From: Squalus acanthias
Taxonomy: Eukaryota
Assembly: GCA_030390025.1 (NCBI GenBank)
Contig: CM059432.1
Coordinates: 99,884,001 to 99,948,000 of the forward strand
Reading direction: 5' to 3'
Length of the DNA: 64,000 nucleotides
Within the stretch, counting starts at the first letter, position 1. Each line of letters begins with the position of its first letter. The position numbers and the translations under genes are program-made. Of this stretch, positions 61,997 to 64,000 are shown in pieces. The notes beneath the pieces were generated by a model. It had not been told where the DNA came from. It ran no database searches and saw nothing but the letters and a program-made list of their open reading frames with translations.

Positions 61997-64000
61997 CGAC
62001 AGTCAATTTATACAAGTAAAACAAATAGCAGCATGCCTTTTATGGGCCTCCTTCCCTCGGGGTCTAAAAGCTGTGTGGGCAACATGTTGACGGAATATAA
62101 ACAAGACACAGACATTAAAGTCGGCTGAAGCCTCCCCAGGAGTCACTGGTGTGGGAAGGCTATCAGCTCTCCCTGGCTTCCACTAGGGAGTTAAAATCCA
62201 CCCTGGGAGTCTGTTCTGCATATCTACTATGGAGGAAAAAGGTACAATTTCTAACCTTGATTGAGAATGATTGATATTGAATGTGTAGATGTAAGCAGCT
62301 AAATTAACTTAGATTGTGAGTGCAGATCTACAGAACATATAGCTCTGGATCAAGTTCTTTTTTCTAATGAATATATACATTTTAGGAAAAAATAGTTCTT
62401 GTAAGACATACTAGAGTACAGAGTTGCAAAATAATGTCACAAGGAAATACTCCTAATTATATGCGTCTTTTATTTAAAAGGAATGGAACTGCACCAATGG
62501 ACTTAAGTAAACTACAAACTAAAACATGTTCTTCATTCGATTAATCTACCGGCGTGGAGTTACCGCAAGGGGTGCAATCGGCAAAATGCGTCCAGAATGC
62601 GCTGGAGACTGTGTCGGTTTTGTCAAGGTGAAGTTACGCCCAAGTTTCCATGCAAACTCATTAGCATAAGCCCGAATGTAAAATCTCCCATGAACCAGCG
62701 CAAGCAAGCAGCGTAATCGATCGTAATCGATTGGTGACTGGAACAGAGCATCTTCCAGCATCACAAAGCAGAGTGGGATTGCCAGTAAATGAGCTATTCT
62801 TCAACTGACTGATTTAATGCTCTTGGTCTTACTTTGTAATTGACTGCTGATCACAGCTGTCTTTAACTAATCATCAGTTTGGAGTCAGGACCAAACGTGG
62901 CACCGAAGCAAAGGAGAGTAAGACTTCCCGGAGAAGATAATCTCACTCCACTGTACATTGGTGTTCGGTTGGGCCTTGACATCTGATTTATACTCCTGAT
63001 TTTACTTTTGGATGACCGACTGGTGGAGCGCATTGGTCGGCCGCCCATTCTGGCGGGGAGCAGGTCCCCGCGATTTTGAGGCCCCGGACTCATTTAAATC
63101 TAGCAGGCGACTTGCAGTGCGCCAAACAGACTTCCCAGTGCAGATCACCTGATTGGGTCCTCAAATTCAGGCCAGCAAGAAAAGTTGCGGGGGGCGGTGG
63201 GCGGAGGGATTGTCATCACGGAGGGTGGGGATCCTAGGGCGGTATCGGCCCAGATTATTTTTGTGGGCCCTGGAGGACACCAGAACCTGGGGGACCGGTT
63301 TCGACCTAAAATGGCAATCAGATTCCTGTTTACACCAAAGGTGCAGATTTCCATATTAAAAGGAGCCAATCGCTTGAAACAGGTGGGCACTTTGCGCACT
63401 CTGTGGTAGGCGCCTTTCAAAATGGAGCCAGCCACATCGCCGGTGTTAATAAGGCTATAGCCCCATTTTGAGGCTATTACCGCCCCCTTAATGCTAGGCA
63501 AAGGCTGTCAAAATTGACCCCCAAAATGTTGGTCTGAGTTAGAAACCACATTGAACTGATGCTAAACTTTTAACTTGTAACACCAGCTATCAACACATTT
63601 AAAAACCCATCAAATTAGCATTGTAGATCATCTATCAAGGAATGGGTGAAAACTTGTAGTTGCAGATTGGCCGCCCGTTATACACCCCACATCGATTTTA
63701 CTTTCCCTTGGAATCAATGGTAAAGAAAATCAGGCAGGGTAAATACTGTAATGGGTAGCCGATCAACTACCACCAGATTTCTGCCCCCACCAAAAGTAAA
63801 AATTACCCACACGTTTCCTCAGACAGAATATACTGGAAACATTCAGTAGGTCTGTCAGCATCTGTGGTGGGAACAGATTGCATGTACAATGAATAGCTTT
63901 GCAATATGGTGCACCTTTTTCTTAAGTTTTAATTAAATCATCAATAACAAACTAAGATAGCCAGGCACACATCTTCCAAACAGTAGTGCACATAAACCAT

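Overview
Eukaryotic, transposon-saturated intronic or intergenic DNA from a vertebrate. The repeat mix (CR1 and L2 LINEs, Penelope, two-gene PIF/Harbinger transposons and many derived MITEs) suggests a cartilaginous fish; this taxon call is inference. No intact host protein-coding gene, rRNA, functional tRNA or CRISPR array is supportable. Standouts: (1) a ~3.1 kb LINE at 56503-59620 has a tRNA-like cloverleaf with A and B boxes directly upstream of an APE-RT ORF, no ORF1 and no TTTT run on its sense strand, making it a candidate RNA polymerase III-transcribed, protein-coding retrotransposon; (2) an orphan foamy-virus-like pol fragment (RNase H end plus integrase) lies at 12912-13635 on the minus strand; (3) an ancient RTE-like LINE lies at ~21100-22915; (4) two near-complete Harbinger elements carry nested insertions, one with non-autonomous derivatives in the same window, and some MITEs carry conserved palindromes. 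All coordinates and alignments were read by eye; boundaries of old elements are approximate.
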